Both the position numbers and the translations under genes were made by a program. A stretch of DNA of 64,000 bases, taken from Paraglomus brasilianum (taxonomy: Eukaryota). Shown here piece after piece: positions 62,340 to 64,000 of this stretch; the stretch's first letter is position 1; each line of letters opens with the position of its first letter. Where the stretch lies: contig CAJVPI010000001.1 in the NCBI GenBank assembly GCA_910592345.1, positions 1 to 64,000 on the forward strand, written 5' to 3'. The notes under the pieces were generated by a model. That model worked only from the letters and a program-made list of their open reading frames with translations. It was not told the origin of the DNA and searched no databases.

Positions 62340-62780
62340 GACATGCGTATCACGGGAGAAGAATTTGAACTGTTTCAGCTGAGGACACGCTAACGCCATA
62401 TGTTTCTTGGGTGTGATAGCTACAAAGTTGGATAAGTTGTAAGAAGAAATGATCAGCAAGCAGTCAGGCTCTATCGAAGATCTGCCAGCGGGGATTTCAA
62501 TACATAATCTTGCCATATGTTACTATCATGGAGAAGGCATGGAGAAGAACGACCGAGCAGCATTTTTGCTAGTGCGCAATTCCACCTCGTTATAACAAGA
62601 TCGAGGACGTACAAAAAAAAGATTGAACTATGTCAACAGGAGAGTGCCGAAAGGCGCTTTACGAAAAATGTTATAGTACAATACACGTTATCTGTCAGGA
62701 ATCGGGTTAGTAAAAGAGCACCAATGCAATTGGTGCTCGACAAGGACTTGCTGAAGTACAGCATCTGCACAACGAATTGA
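62340..62780 (+). pseudogene. Decayed Sel1-like repeat gene
   Basis: Fragments in shifting frames: EEFELF, GHANAICFLGV, NDQQAVRLYRRSA, HNLAICYYHGEGMEKNDRAAF, ASAQFHL, IELCQQ, VQYTLSV; many deletions and stops. Confidence 0.8.
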
Positions 62781-64000
62781 TGCAACCAGAAAGAGATTAC
62801 GCGTGATGTCATTAAACCTCAATGACTTTATTAATATAATATAAGCAATTAAACAACGAATAAGAATTCTGAGGTTGCAGTGTGACTTATAAGCACGTAC
62901 AGAAACAGTAAAGTTTTATATCACTTTATTTCGATGTATAAATCATGTGGTATTTATAATAAAGACTTAGATTCGTTTGTCATTGAAACTCGATTCAACT
63001 AAATTGACATTCATTCTTCTGATCGATAATAAACTCGGGATACAATCTTTTCTCCATCCATACAACTATTTCAGTAGAATGGATATAGTAATAGACATTT
63101 CCACATTTATTATTTTAATTTATCACAATTGTTAAGAAATAATGCTCGGACGCATTCCATTCGCACACAAGTTTTAGTTTGCCAAACGTCATAACCGACT
63201 CCATGGCGAAGATACCAAGTCATTCAAGCTGCTCACCGGGCATTAGGAAATGAATATTTGCAAGGTATTTGGCTGCGTCCATGTTTCGCGCCTGTAGCTG
63301 TATTAGGACTGAACATCGACACAACTAACTATTCGGATTGCGTAATATCATCTACTCCGTTACTGTTACCATGGTTGATTTATCTTAATTTTTATATGTA
63401 TTTATTTATTTATTTATTTATTGGGTTATATGATCGCACATTTGGATTATGGATGAGAGTGAAAATGAAAGCCATCCATGCCAAATCTTAGAGATCCTAG
63501 CTGAGATTGGGGAATCTATTTATTGATTTCCAACCAAGAGTTTGAAGAGCTTGGAGTAGACATTTTGAGTTCGTAGTGAAATAAAAAATACTCAACAACA
63601 AAGAGAGAGAGAGAGAGAGATTTATTGGATAATTTGATTTTATCCTTACACCCATCCAATTCTCGCATTTTAAATTCCAATCATTTGTGCTTTGGGCCAG
63701 GCTATCTCACATATGATTCGCGCAATTTATGATGTTAGATATCTGTACTAACAAGCATTGCACTAGGAAGAGAGACTCTTTCCCTCTTCAGGAGAAGCTA
63801 TTAGTTCTTTGGGATGAATTTTCGAATTCTGAATTATACTACCGCATCAGCTGTGCCACAATTCCAGAACTTATGGTTATTATGGATATCATTGATTTCG
63901 TTGACTGCATTTCATTCCCTTCAGCATCTTCCGCCCCACCCGATTGTTGACTCTTGCAACATTTGCGGATGTAGGATAGTCATCAGTTAACCGGTTCATT

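Overview
AT-rich eukaryotic genomic DNA with GT-AG introns, most likely from an early-diverging fungus. The gene families (Sel1-repeat expansion, divergent MATA-type HMG box, a Glomeromycotina-type F-box-like family, a fungal LSU rRNA fragment) suggest an arbuscular-mycorrhizal/Mucoromycota lineage; this is inference. The window is gene-sparse and full of decayed mobile elements (Ty3/Gypsy integrase remnants, Tc1/mariner ends and a DDE fragment, possible LINE debris, minisatellites). Well-supported genes: four intronless, kinase-free Sel1-like-repeat genes sharing an upstream TTAAA(T/C)AC(AC)GC motif, plus a fifth decayed copy; a multi-exon REX4-like DEDDh exonuclease with a C-terminal CCHC zinc knuckle; a two-exon divergent HMG-box gene; and an F-box-like gene whose frameshift could be removed by a 67-nt intron made of apparently former coding sequence. 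The most interesting unexplained signals are two candidate structured non-coding RNAs (31187-31306 and 34608-34795) and a decayed gene built from repeated intron-exon modules (38.2-40.1 kb). All structures and translations were read by eye; no searches or folding programs were run.
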